64,000 bases of DNA from Sminthopsis crassicaudata (taxonomy: Eukaryota): contig NC_133621.1 of the NCBI RefSeq assembly GCF_048593235.1, forward strand, positions 27,777,254 through 27,841,253, given 5' to 3'. The position numbers were made by a program, and so were the translations under genes. The notes below the pieces were generated by a model. It was not told the origin of the DNA. It worked only from the letters and a program-made list of their open reading frames with translations, and ran no database searches. Within the stretch, counting starts at the first letter, position 1. Each line of letters begins with the position of its first letter. This document shows positions 38,830 through 49,869 of this stretch, piece after piece.

Positions 38830-39260
38830 CACAGAAGTAGGGGATTCTAAGCTAGAAAGGACCTCAGAAATAAATAAGCTTAGTCCAAGCCTCTCATTCC
38901 ACAGGGCTCAAAGGGCATCTGAGGCAAGGCTGTAATGCAGCAGGCTGGCACAGCATCCAGAGTGAGACCTGGAGTCCGGAGGCCCCAAGCTCAAATAGAG
39001 CTTCCTACGCCGACTAGCTCTGTGACCCTCGGCCAGTCTTTTAGCCTATCTTACTCAGCCTGTTTCTACATCTGTAAAATGGGGTGATAACAGTATGTGT
39101 GACCTTTCAGGATTGGTATCTCAAGGGAGATAGCATCTGCAAAGCAGATTTCAGATTTAAAAGAACCATCAAAATGCTTTTTGTAGCTGCTGTTGTCATA
39201 GAGACAGGTCTCTCTGACTCCAAACCGGGGGCTCTTGCCACCCCCTATCTGCTGCCTCAT
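38830..39260. mobile_element. Cluster of MIR/MIR3 fragments in both orientations
   Basis: MIR3(-) at ~38830-38960 (aaaggacctcagaa...tagtccaa). MIR(+) at ~38960-39150 (gactagctctgtgaccctcggccagtc...tgtttctacatctgtaaaatgggg). Then a reverse fragment. Confidence 0.65.
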
Positions 39261-39579
39261 TCTGACATCCCCTCAGAAGTAGAGGTTTCCCCACACAAGC
39301 TTTTCTCTTTTCATGAGGTGTAGGAACCAGGAAGGAAAACTAAGAGCTTTCTCACAATTTACCACCTTTAAACCTGCAGTGACAAGTTAACACGAAACTG
39401 TTTACAACCGTCTCTGACATGACACTTCATTCTGTGATACGTGTAATGTGTGTCAAAGGCTTTCGCTGGGCCTCCTGCTTCTGACAGGACATTCGGAGGG
39501 ATAACATGTGGCAGCCTGTGAACTCTGCTTTAAGAAGACTGCACCAATGGCCAGGCCCGTCTGATGCAAATCAATTATT

Positions 39580-39760
39580 TCAGTTTCTACCACCTAGTTT
39601 CCTTGGTCTCAGAAGTCTTCTAACCCTCCTTCCTCATTTTACAGATGAGAAAACAGATCTTGAACAGTGTGATGAAGTAAGTGGACAAATGGGGCTTGAC
39701 CTCAGGTTTTCCAACTCCAAAGCCATCACTCTTTTCCTCTCCACTGTGTGGCCTTCACTT
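39580..39760 (-). mobile_element. MIR SINE
   Basis: cctcattttacagatgagaaaacag...aagtggacaaatggggcttgacctcagg. Confidence 0.75.
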
Positions 39761-39879
39761 TCATTGTATTGCCAAGGAGAGATGAACCAATCACTTTCTG
39801 TTCAATAAATGAGCTAATGGTTCTCAGCAAATTATATATATTATAATTTTCAATTTATGGAATAAAACAGGAATTTCCA

Positions 39880-40330
39880 TATCATGGTGTGATAAAAAAA
39901 ATTGCACATGAAATTACAAATCTATTATTTTTAATTTGTTATCCCTTTTAAATATAATGTGTCATGGAAATTTCCTCATCCCCCTCCCCCATTTTTTCTG
40001 CTCTTTTTAACCCTAGAGATGGCTACCATTAGATATAAACATTTGTATTTTAAAAATCATTCTATACATAGAAAAATCATTCTATACTCCTTCCTAGGTC
40101 CTCTGATATTAATTCAGGTATTTACAATAGTCATTTTGACTATTATCCCTCAAAGTTGTTCTTAAAACAATATTGCTGTTACTGTTTTAGTTCTGCTCAT
40201 TCCATTCTTTAATATTTCCTGAAAATCTTCCCATATTTTAAGATCTTCAAACTCATCACTTTTTCTAGCACAGTAGCATTCAATCACAATCAAACACACA
40301 CCTTGTTCTGTCACTCCCCAAGAGATGGGC
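39880..40330 (-). mobile_element. Old LINE-1 3' fragment
   Basis: gttactgttttagttctgctcat...aaactcatcactttttctagcacagtagcattcaatcacaat...ccttgttc..tcactccccaagagatgggc is the reverse complement of the L1 ORF2 end. Confidence 0.75.
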
Positions 40331-40484
40331 TTCTCCATCAAAGGTAGTTTCCAGAGTATTTGTAAAATTGTAAATCAGTGGAAATCACAATTATTCTTAA
40401 CATTAGTCTGACTAGTGAAATCCAATAGCTAAGCAAAACTAAGATCCAATAGTTTCAGAACACACCTGTTCAATACAGGAAGGC

Positions 40485-40660
40485 ACAGGTGAGGAAAACT
40501 TCCTCTGCCCATGCAGAATGACCCTTGCAACTAGAGTCTTGGAAAGCGAGAACTTGGGGGGGGGGGGGAACAGAGCAGCAGAGTAAACTACTTAGGGTCA
40601 CACAGCCAGAGGATCTAAATTCAGGCCTGGCCGGAGAGAACATGGGCCTCTCTACTTTCA
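40485..40660 (+). mobile_element. WALLSI-like marsupial SINE fragment with an internal G13 run
   Basis: ggtgaggaaaacttcctctgcccatgcag...tgcaactagagtcttggaaag...cttagggtcacacagccag. Related fragments lie at ~16130-16240, ~54635-54800 and ~63810-63940. Confidence 0.55.
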
Positions 40661-43479
40661 CCCAGTCTTACTTCGGCTAAGAGCGGCCAGAGCTGCATCA
40701 TGAAACCCAAGGGGAATTTTCCCGACCCCAGGCAGGTGTGTAAGGAGCATGGAGCCTCTAACTCCTGGTTTGGGGCTCAGCAGCCTATCACTGACCAGAA
40801 GGGGGATCCCAGCCTCTGCAACCCGCTTAAGGGATCACTGTGTGATAAGCAGTTAATATTCTCTCTCATGTTAGATTTATAATAGGAGAAGTCAAGAGGG
40901 CCAAAGGCACATGTTATCATCGGTCGTGGCCTTGCTGCAGACACTGGGAGCTTGCAAGTTAATAACGACATCATAAATAATGGTGTGTTTGCGCAGGGCA
41001 GACAAGAAACTGCATTTAATGACTGGGATCCCTCCTGCCCCCCCACCCCCCACCCCAGCAACACAACCGAGGGCCAGCACTCTATTAAGGTTAATCAGCA
41101 AAACCTGAGCCAAGCACTAATATTTAAGGTACGCAATACATCCCCACATACAAACTGCCATGAGCAGGACTTGCTAACTGTGGTTTCTATTACGCTGGCT
41201 GTTTGCCAAGGAACGTAGAAGTGTTTTTAAAACACACACTCACAAGAGCCCCTGCTAATCCAATGCACAGCTTTACAACAAAAAATAAATTAAGGCACCA
41301 TTAAACTAAAGAATTAAAACTGTGTAAACAAGGGAAATAAAAAAAAATGAACAGAACAAATGAAAACAAAGATATTTCAAGTAGATATCTTAATTGTAAT
41401 GAGGAACATTTGGCATGTGTTATGATATGATTCCAAGCTGCAGTCAATTAAATATCCCAAAAGCTTGTTTAAAAAGCTGCAAATGTACAACCACAGCATA
41501 AATATATTTTTATTAAACACCAGTGCATGAAAGCCAAAGCAAACCTGATTGCGATTTCATTCCTATAATGATGTAAAACCCAAACCATTATCATTTAATA
41601 ATCCCATTGTCTTACAATATATTCTTATAAAATGTTACCAAAGGATGCATATTAAAATGTCCACTTCCCATTCCGTATTTTGTCTGCCTAATCATTTAGG
41701 CATTAAACAAATGTATAATGTCATTTTAGAATGATCACACTCAATGCTATGATTAATATCATCTCTGAAAATAGGTTTTTACAACTTTTTATATTAGTTT
41801 TTTAAAAAACAAAAATAAGCCTAACTTATGTACTATGAAAAAGAATTTATAAGGTCTTATGGGTAATTTATAAAAACTCCAGCTAAATGTCCATTTAAAA
41901 TGACATAAGCAACCACTCATAGCCAAGTCTATGCATTTTAACACAAGGGAGAACAGATCTTGCTACCGTCAAAGGAAAAGTTTTAAAACTCAAACAGTTT
42001 TAGTAACAAGATTTTTCCCAACTTTTTAATTAAATGATATCTGATGTAAGACACAAGGTTTGTAAGAGTAAATATTGAAAACTATATATACATTGCATAT
42101 ATATTGAAAATAAAAAGCTATTTTTAATATAAATAAATAAATGTGGGTATTTTGTTTTTACATCACTTAAATTTTCCTCTACATGCTTCCTTCTTTTCTC
42201 TTCAGAGGAACAACCCCTTTAACAAAGTGTCTTTTAAAAAAGAGAAAGAGGAAAAAAAAAGAATAAAACTATTTCATTAAAGAACTGACAATGCTCCATA
42301 CTGGTGGAGCTCTGACCTCAGTAAAGGAATATCCCTCTTTGATGCTAACCCTGCTCCTTGCAGTCTTGCAAAAGTCATTTTCAACCACTTTGTATTTTCT
42401 GTTCTTTCCATTTACATTGTTCTCATCATTGTCTGTTGTTTTCTTGGCCCTCCTTCACACTCCAACAAAAACTTCCTCTCAGTCTTTAAGCAATCCCATA
42501 TACGTCATATTTATCCATCAAAGATTTCTAATATTTTCCTTGTCAATGCCTTTTTCCTCCATAAAAGAATATTTTAATAAGACTATTTGCATATGTGCTC
42601 ACACAACTGTTCGAAGACATGCAAAGTTGGCTAATAAATGGACCCAGCATCATTAAGATTAAGAAAATTTCAATCGGTATCACATTAAGAGAAAGCTATC
42701 AGCCTGAACAAATAGAGAATATAGATATCTAATCTAGTAATCAGAGTGCTAAGCTTCTTTCGAGCGAGTCTACTGGACATATCTAAAATGCACAAGGCTT
42801 TTTCAGAACTACAAAAATAAGACAGCAGGACTTTTAAAAGGCCATGAAATTGCAACGATCATGTATCTTTTAAATAACCCTGGCAATTTTGTCTCTTCCC
42901 AGTAGGAAGAACAAGTTGGGCTAATCAGGAGACAAGTCCTAGGTCTGGCCTTGGTCTTCCCATCCCTCTCTTTCCAATGAAGTACCAACTGTTCCACCGA
43001 AGTTAGCCAAGACAGGGGAAGCACTGCCTTTCCTCCTTCCCCTTGGCAGGGATGTTGTAAGGGAGGCAGCACAGAACAAGAGAAGGGAGGGAAAAGGCCA
43101 TCTCTAAGTCAAGGAAGCTCACTTGGGGCACAACTCAACTGAAGGAACAAGGGCAAAGGAAAAGGATGGAAAGAGTGGTTCTCTTAATCTATTACCACAA
43201 ATTGGATCTCTGTGAAAAAAAAACAACAAAAAAACAAAAAACAAAAACACTACCACCACAAATAGGCTATCATAATGGGAGGGGAACAAGGAGAATCATG
43301 TTGGCTTTGAAACAGGAATAAAGGTAAAAATAGTGATTAAATATCATTTATAATGAAATTTTCTTTGGAAAAAAGAAAGTTAGCTCTATTTCCTTTTCAA
43401 AAGGCGTACATATCACTTTTAGATTCATAGACTTTTCAAGTTAGAAAAGTCCTTAGAGATACTTGTGAAATTTAACACG

Positions 43480-44075
43480 ATTGAAGCAAGAAGGAAAAGG
43501 TGTAAACTTTGACCCAGCAATATCATTACCAGGCCTATACCCCAAAGAGATCAAAGAAAGAGGAAAAGGCCTTACACATATAAAAATAGTTACTTTTTTT
43601 TTGTTTTAGCAAAGAATTGGAAATTAAGAAAGTGAATATCAATTGGGGAATGGATAAATAATTTATGGCATATTATTATTCAAATGCTGCAAGAAATGAC
43701 GAAGGGAACAGTTTCAGAAAAAGGGGAAGAACTGGATGAATTAATGGAAGGGGACATAAATAGAATCAGGTGTATAATTTATTAGTGACAAAGTGATATA
43801 TAATTTTGAAAGACCTAAAGACTCTTATCAACACATTGATCAGCCATGATTTCAGACGAGTAGTGATAAAGAATGCTACACACCTGACAGAGGGGATGGA
43901 CTCAAGGTGCAAAATGAGATGAGAGGTCCATTTTTATACACAACCAAATATAGTCATTTGTACTGTTTGTCTATGCATATCTGTAACAAGAGTTCTTTTT
44001 TTCTAGTGAAGTAAAGAGGAAAGAGGGAGGGAAAATGTGTAATAATTGAAAATAATTTTTAAAAGGCAAGAACAT
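43480..44075 (+). mobile_element. Old LINE-1 3' fragment
   Basis: tttgacccagcaatatcattaccaggcctataccccaaagagatcaaagaaagaggaaaagg...gaatatcaattggggaatggataaataa are L1 ORF2-end motifs. Confidence 0.85.
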
Positions 44076-44628
44076 ATAGACATTTAAGAATATTTTCCAC
44101 CCAAAATAGTTAAAAATAAAAAAGCCTGGACTCTTGAAAGGCATCCTTCTTCAAATATGTCAAATAAACAAAATGACATGGTACAACTACAACATTTTAA
44201 ATTGTTTATTCCTTCCAAATGTCATTAGCACTATCTATTGATAAGAGAAATGCCATTTTTTCTAATTTTGTTGGACAAAAAGTATGGACACCTCTTTTTT
44301 AAACCTACCTAAATCTTACCCATCTTACAAAGCTTTCCTTACATAAGTTGTTCCCTGATCTATTTGTGAAGTGGTTACATTATTTGAATGTGTTATGCCT
44401 ATTTCCATGGGTTGGAAACAAATACTCTATTTTACAAAATTCTAACTCTGAATAGTGCAGATCTGAATACAGGGATTTATGCATACACTAATCAGAACCT
44501 ACCTTCAAAGGTCAGGTTCTTAACCTTTGTAGGATGGTTCTTCCTGATCTCCCCTCCCCCAGAATAATGTGTTTAAAGGCGCATATACAAAAAAAAAAAA
44601 AAAAAAAAAATACAAAGAATATCAAAGA

Positions 44629-44719
44629 CACTAGCCCTGAATTCAGGAGGACCTGAGTTCAAATCTGGTCTCAGACACTTAACACTTCCTAGCTGTGTGA
44701 CCCCCGGGGGGGGGGGGGG
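44629..44719 (+). mobile_element. Truncated WSINE1 with poly-G end and 14-bp TSD
   Basis: cactagccctgaattcaggaggacctgagttcaaatctggtctcagacacttaacacttcctagctgtgtgaccccc + G14. TSD aagaatatcaaaga at 44615-44628 and 44720-44733. Confidence 0.92.
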
Positions 44720-45257
44720 AAGAATATCAAAGAAACTGGTTATGCTAAATAATCATTAAAATATTTTTTAAAGACAAATAAATTCAAACACTTCATATTA
44801 AGAACTCTTGGACCGGGAATTCCTTGATAGAAAAGTCCTTCCGACAATTTAGATGTGACCTAAAGACTGCAGTTGGTGTCAAGTATTGAGAGTTCAAATT
44901 CTTTTGCCTCTGAACCCCAATCAGTACACAACAAAAGAACTACTCTGAGACCTGGTCTTCTTGATGTGAAAGTTAACTCTTCACCTACCACAGGAATCTG
45001 CTGCCCCTTTAATTTCTCCCAAGGAGTTGGGAAATTCCTGAAGAAAGGGGACCAGGTCTTTTTTTTTTTTTTCCATATTCCAACTGTTTTCAATAAATTT
45101 GGGGAAATTGATTGAAAATATTGTACCCCGCTATACATGAATATAAAGTAAGTTCATCATTTCTATTATCATTAAAGGATAATAGGGCTATATTTCAAAA
45201 GTGTACAAATGTTAACCTAAATACAAGAAAATGCCACAGTTGCCTATTCTGGATCCC

Positions 45258-45437
45258 AACTTCTTAAACTGTTTTGTGATCCCATAGAGAGTCATGTAAC
45301 TAAATGTGGGAGTTGCAAAATTATGATTTCTTATCAGTAAATGTTTGATCTGTATACCTGTTTTATATTATCCAGGGTCATGTAAAAATTTCTTGGCCAA
45401 ATTTCTTGTCATGAATGGAAAAAGTTCAAGAAGCTCT
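45258..45437 (+). mobile_element. Short hAT-type non-autonomous DNA element (same family as 16800-16962 and 54287-54482)
   Basis: Termini caacttcttaaact...aaaagttcaagaagctct. The internal aaaattatgatttcttatcagtaaatgtttgat.tgtatacct...gggtcatgtaaaaatttcttgg is shared with the two other copies. Confidence 0.7.
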
Positions 45438-46239
45438 ATTCATGATAAACAGGAAAAAGATGAATTAATCAACTTTTATGAAGTACCTACAATATGTGCC
45501 AAGCACTGGAATGAAGCCTGATATTTCCTTTGGGGAGGACTCAGTCCCAATAGGAGTGAATGTCCAAAATGCAGAATTGACCAATGCACAGAGTTTCTAT
45601 TTATAGTCTATTGTGAAGGGAAATCTCTGGTTAGATTAAGAATCTGTGCCATTTGAAAGCTACCAATCCAAGTGGGTTCTACAACCATTTAAGTCAACTT
45701 AATCCATTAAATGGAAAAAGATGCTATAGAGACCCCAGCTGCACTGTGTGGGCTATTCACAACTTCTGTGATCACTACCCAGACAGAGCCCTAGTCCAAG
45801 CTGGATCAGACGGGGGCCAGGCTCAGAAGAGCTGATGTCACCGTATGCCGGCACGGATGCACTGGACAAAAGAGTCTTTCTCACCACTTCTGAGTCAAAT
45901 AAAGACAATGATGGGGAATGTACACACAAAGTTCACCCCTAATTTCACAGTTTATATCATGAATACCTAACTGGTTACATGATTACAAAGTTTAACCCCA
46001 TTTCTGCATGTTGCTACATATTCAGCCCCAATATCAGGATTACAAGCCTGTTGAAGCCAGAAGTGTCTTTTCTGCTCCCTAAGAAACTCTACTTAGTGAT
46101 TATAAATGGACCCACTTGGCAGAACGATACCAGACCCAATTCTGCTCTGTACCAAAATACCATCTCCCTTGCCATTTAAAGAGGTAGGCTGGACAAACCT
46201 CATTCCTCAGGTCCTTTGACTCACTTTTTCCTATGGCCC

Positions 46240-46380
46240 ATTTCTACTGAATTCAATTCAATGACTATTTACTGAGAACCTACTGTGTGCTAAGCACTCA
46301 GGGCAAAAAGATAAAAATGAAATTCAAGCCTGCTCTTAAGGAGCTAGCATTTTACACAGTGAAGTAGGGAGAGTCGATTC
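46240..46380 (-). mobile_element. L2 3' end
   Basis: tatttactgagaacctactgtgtgctaagcactcagggc...agcctgctcttaaggagctagcatttta. Confidence 0.7.
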
Positions 46381-47334
46381 ACCAAGGACACAGGTAACTT
46401 CATGCACAGTCATTTGAGGAGCTGGTGATCCAACAACCTGTGGAGAGGCCATGGAAGGGCCTGATGGAAGAATCCTGACATGCTTTACAAATCTCTCACA
46501 GCAATAATAATGATAATGTACATTTCTCTGGAGCTTTAAGGTTTTGAGGGTTGTGGAAAATATCACTATCATTTCAAAAATGAGGAAACTGAGGTGCAGG
46601 GTGAAATAAGATGCCCACAAGCACAGTTACTGAGCCCCAGAGCTGGAGACTGAGCCTACTGAGGGCATTCACAGACCAAGGGCTCCTCTCTCTGCCCATC
46701 TGTTCCCATTTACAGAGACTGCTAAGAAAGCAGACTTGGGAGGCAGGGATCTAGTCACCCTCCATCAATCTGAGAAAGTGTCAGCCCAGGAGATGAGTGA
46801 CATAATCACTCCACAAGAATACAGAAGAACTTAAACATAAGTCTTATCTTAGGAGGTGAGATCATAATTATGCAGTAATATGCCATCTGCTTTCCGTGTT
46901 TTATATCAAGAGCAATGAATGTTTCTGCAGTGCAATTGATCATTTGAGCTATATTAATTTTGAATTCTCCTGTCCTATTCTCATTTCTCAGCACATGGGA
47001 TGCTTATAGAGGAAAAAAGTTACACATCCATGAAATAAAATGAGACTATAAAAAAAAAATACACACACACACATACACACACATCTTTCATGGACAAACT
47101 AGAGCTTTGTTTTCTCATCATTAACACCTAAAGACCATAAATTAAGACTTTTTCTGTGGACTCAGAAGAAACTTGGAGTGGAATCTCACTTCTTGTCTGT
47201 CCGTTCATCTCAGCTGGGATGTAAAGGTGGAGAGATTTAGACAGGCCAAGCAACTACAGGACAAACATAACATGTCAAGGATCCACTTAAAAAGAAATTC
47301 AAAAAGTCTTCATTAATCAGCAAATACCAATTAC

Positions 47335-47596
47335 CCACCAACCTCAGTTTCCTCATCTGTAAAATGCAAATAATAATTGTAGTACCAATCCCCAGGGTAG
47401 TGTGTGGATAATTAAAGTAGTAGCAGCAGCAGCAGGAGGTAAATATTTGCTGAGTACTTGACAAACACAACCTTATTTGATCTCCCAACAACCTGAGATA
47501 GACAGAGATTAAATGACTGCCCCAGGGACATACAACTAGTGTCTGAGGTCAAAATTGAACTCTGTTCTTCCAGATTCCAGGTCCAGAGCTCTATCA
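47335..47596. mobile_element. MIR (+) and MAR1/MIR (-) fragments, tail to tail
   Basis: cctcagtttcctcatctgtaaaatg core at 47342, then the reverse-orientation gagattaaatgactgccccaggg.catacaactagtgtctgaggtcaaaattgaactc. Confidence 0.75.
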
Positions 47597-49220
47597 GCTT
47601 GGTTACTTAGCTGATAACTTGATAACGTATGCAAGATACTTTGCAATATTCAGAGCATTAGTGTGACACATTCCAAGAAAAATATGCTAACCTTACAATC
47701 TCAAGCCAATTCCTTTCGTATCAAACAAATGCTAAGTACAAAGAAGATCCACTGTCTCAATCTTGCATAAAAGTAAACTAATTGTATATAAAAACTTGCA
47801 TGTTTTGTAATGCTCAGGCAAATAAATATTGAAAAGGTCTTCATGGGCCAATAAATGTCATTTCTCTTATTTAAAAATGTGACTGGAAGTTTCACTATTT
47901 GGGCCCCAAGTCATTCTCTCCTAAACAGATAGACTTTTCCTATTCCTATTCCTAATTAGGAGATCAAAGGTAAAACCAAAAATAATCCACTGAGACTGAG
48001 ATTTCCATAAGGCAAAGTGTTGGTTACTAGGAAGAAGAAATGATTATGTCTTTGCCTGCCCTAAACTACCATATCTTCAGCTCCTAGACATTGTTAACTT
48101 GGCAAAAGACATGTTTAATAAGAGTTTGTTGGCTGATCGATAGCTACTCTCCACCTTAACCTACAGTAGTCATTAATAAGCTCCTCCATCTTTATCCAAA
48201 AGGTTTTAAGGGGAAAAAAAGATGTGTTACTGATGTGGCTTAGAGAGAAAAAAAGATTCAAATACTGCCTCAGACCCTCTTTCTAGAAAGAGGGACCGAT
48301 AGACATCAGCCATAAGCAGCCTTCTGGGGTTCCTTGTTCATCATCACTGTATCATCCATTTTTATAATCTTTTCCCGTTTGTCAAAGAGTCCAGATCTTG
48401 ATTCTCTGCCTTCATTAACCATCTACCCTGTACCTCATGGCATACAAGAAAAAATGAAGCAGTCCCTACCCTCAAAAAAACCAAAGTTTTCTCTTTTCCT
48501 TTAGTGTAAGAGTCTATGAACAATGGAAGGAGGGAAAAATACAAACAGTGGTTAATGTAAGTTTATCTAAAATTCCATAAACCTGAAAAGATTTGCTCCC
48601 ATGAGCTGAAATATGTGATTAAGCAGACTGTATGTAACTTTTTTTTTTTTTTACCACATATAATAACTGACTTTATTACCTATCACCCAACTATCAGTTT
48701 CAGAAAATAGAAAATACTCAAGTTCAATAAATTTCTTTTCAACAGCATCTGGATCTTTGATTCAGTAATTTATTCCCTTTGCTAAAGTTGAGAACTTGTC
48801 AGGAAATGGGAACAGAGAGATTTTACTTTACTCAGGAGATTATCAGATTCCAAAAGTGAATTACTAAGGATCAACAGCCCCCAAAATTCCATTTTACTTT
48901 AAGTTTCTCTCATCTCCTGAGGCTGTATTGTCGTTAGTTAAGTGCAAAGAACATCTCCATTAATGAAATGGGTGACTGGGCAAATCATTTCAACTCTCAG
49001 GGCCTCAGTTTCCTCACCTATAAAATGATGGAATTGGACTAGGTCCAGTTCTCATCTTGTATGATTTTCTCTCAGAACAGTGACCTTCAGGATTCCTTAC
49101 ATGTTCCTGAGAAAGTTTTAGAAGCTCATTATTTTCTCTCTAAACAGAATCATCTAAACCTTGCTCCCTCCCTGGACTCCAAAGCATTATCTAATTACCA
49201 AAGAGTTTCTCAAATGAGTA

Positions 49221-49869
49221 CAGTCCATTAGCAACATTCTCAGCAGTTATGTTACATAAAGTCACTGTGAACACTGAATTAAAATACTGAACCACTGCTC
49301 CTAGGGGAAAAACAAGAGTAGGTTCCTGTGAGCCTCTGGTCACATTTATTTTAGCACTTTCTGGAGCAGTCTTATGTACAGACCAATGAATTTCCTCTTC
49401 CTTTTTTAGGATGTACCAAATGGTTGATTCATTAACATTGAACTTCCAGCCAAGAGCATAATAACTCATGCCTGAAGGAAGCTTATCTAACACCCATATT
49501 TTTTTCTGTAAGGCACATCACAATCTCCTTGCTCTTAGGAACACTAGACCAGCACTACAGAACTATGATTGGCAGTCATTTTAAACAGTGAAATTACCAA
49601 CAAAAAAGCCCTCCAATACAAAAAAATCTCATTAAATAAGCCACAAAAAAACACTTGTTTGCCATATGAGCTGCAACAAGAAGGTAAGCGTTTCCTTGCC
49701 TGACCTCAGCTGGGAATGTACATTCAGGCGACTCCCATTTTTTGCCCATCTGCTCTTCACAGATCACCACAAAAACAACCTGAGGACTGATTGGGGATTT
49801 CAAATAAATTTTAGCAAGTAGGTGCATTTGCAACTATGGGATTCCGAAGCCATGAAAACTGTCTGACTA
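49221..49869 (-). mobile_element. Non-autonomous Tigger (TcMar) DNA transposon, MER82-like
   Basis: TA at 49219-49220 and 49870-49871, with degenerate cagtc.. termini. The minus strand contains gcctacttgctaaaatttatttg, cccagctgaggtcaggcaagg and tgtgaccagaggctcacaggaacctac..tttcccctaggagcagtggttcagtatt, as in the MER82 consensus I recall. ORF 49191-49493 LDKLPSGMSYYALGWKFNVNESTIWYI is a Tigger/CENP-B-type N-terminal HTH. Confidence 0.88.

Noticed and set aside
42291-42656. 121-aa hydrophobic ORF, considered as a possible endogenous viral or transposase remnant
   Set aside because: The hydrophobicity reflects T-rich composition, and neither strand gave a recognisable viral or transposase motif. 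A tBLASTx search would be needed to exclude this fully.
44989-45037. 49-nt minus-strand pseudo-exon (cag|GAATTTCC...CCTGTG|gtaggt)
   Set aside because: Its length is not divisible by 3, the pyrimidine tract is short and preceded by an A-run, and there is no homology. Such pseudo-exons are common in long introns.
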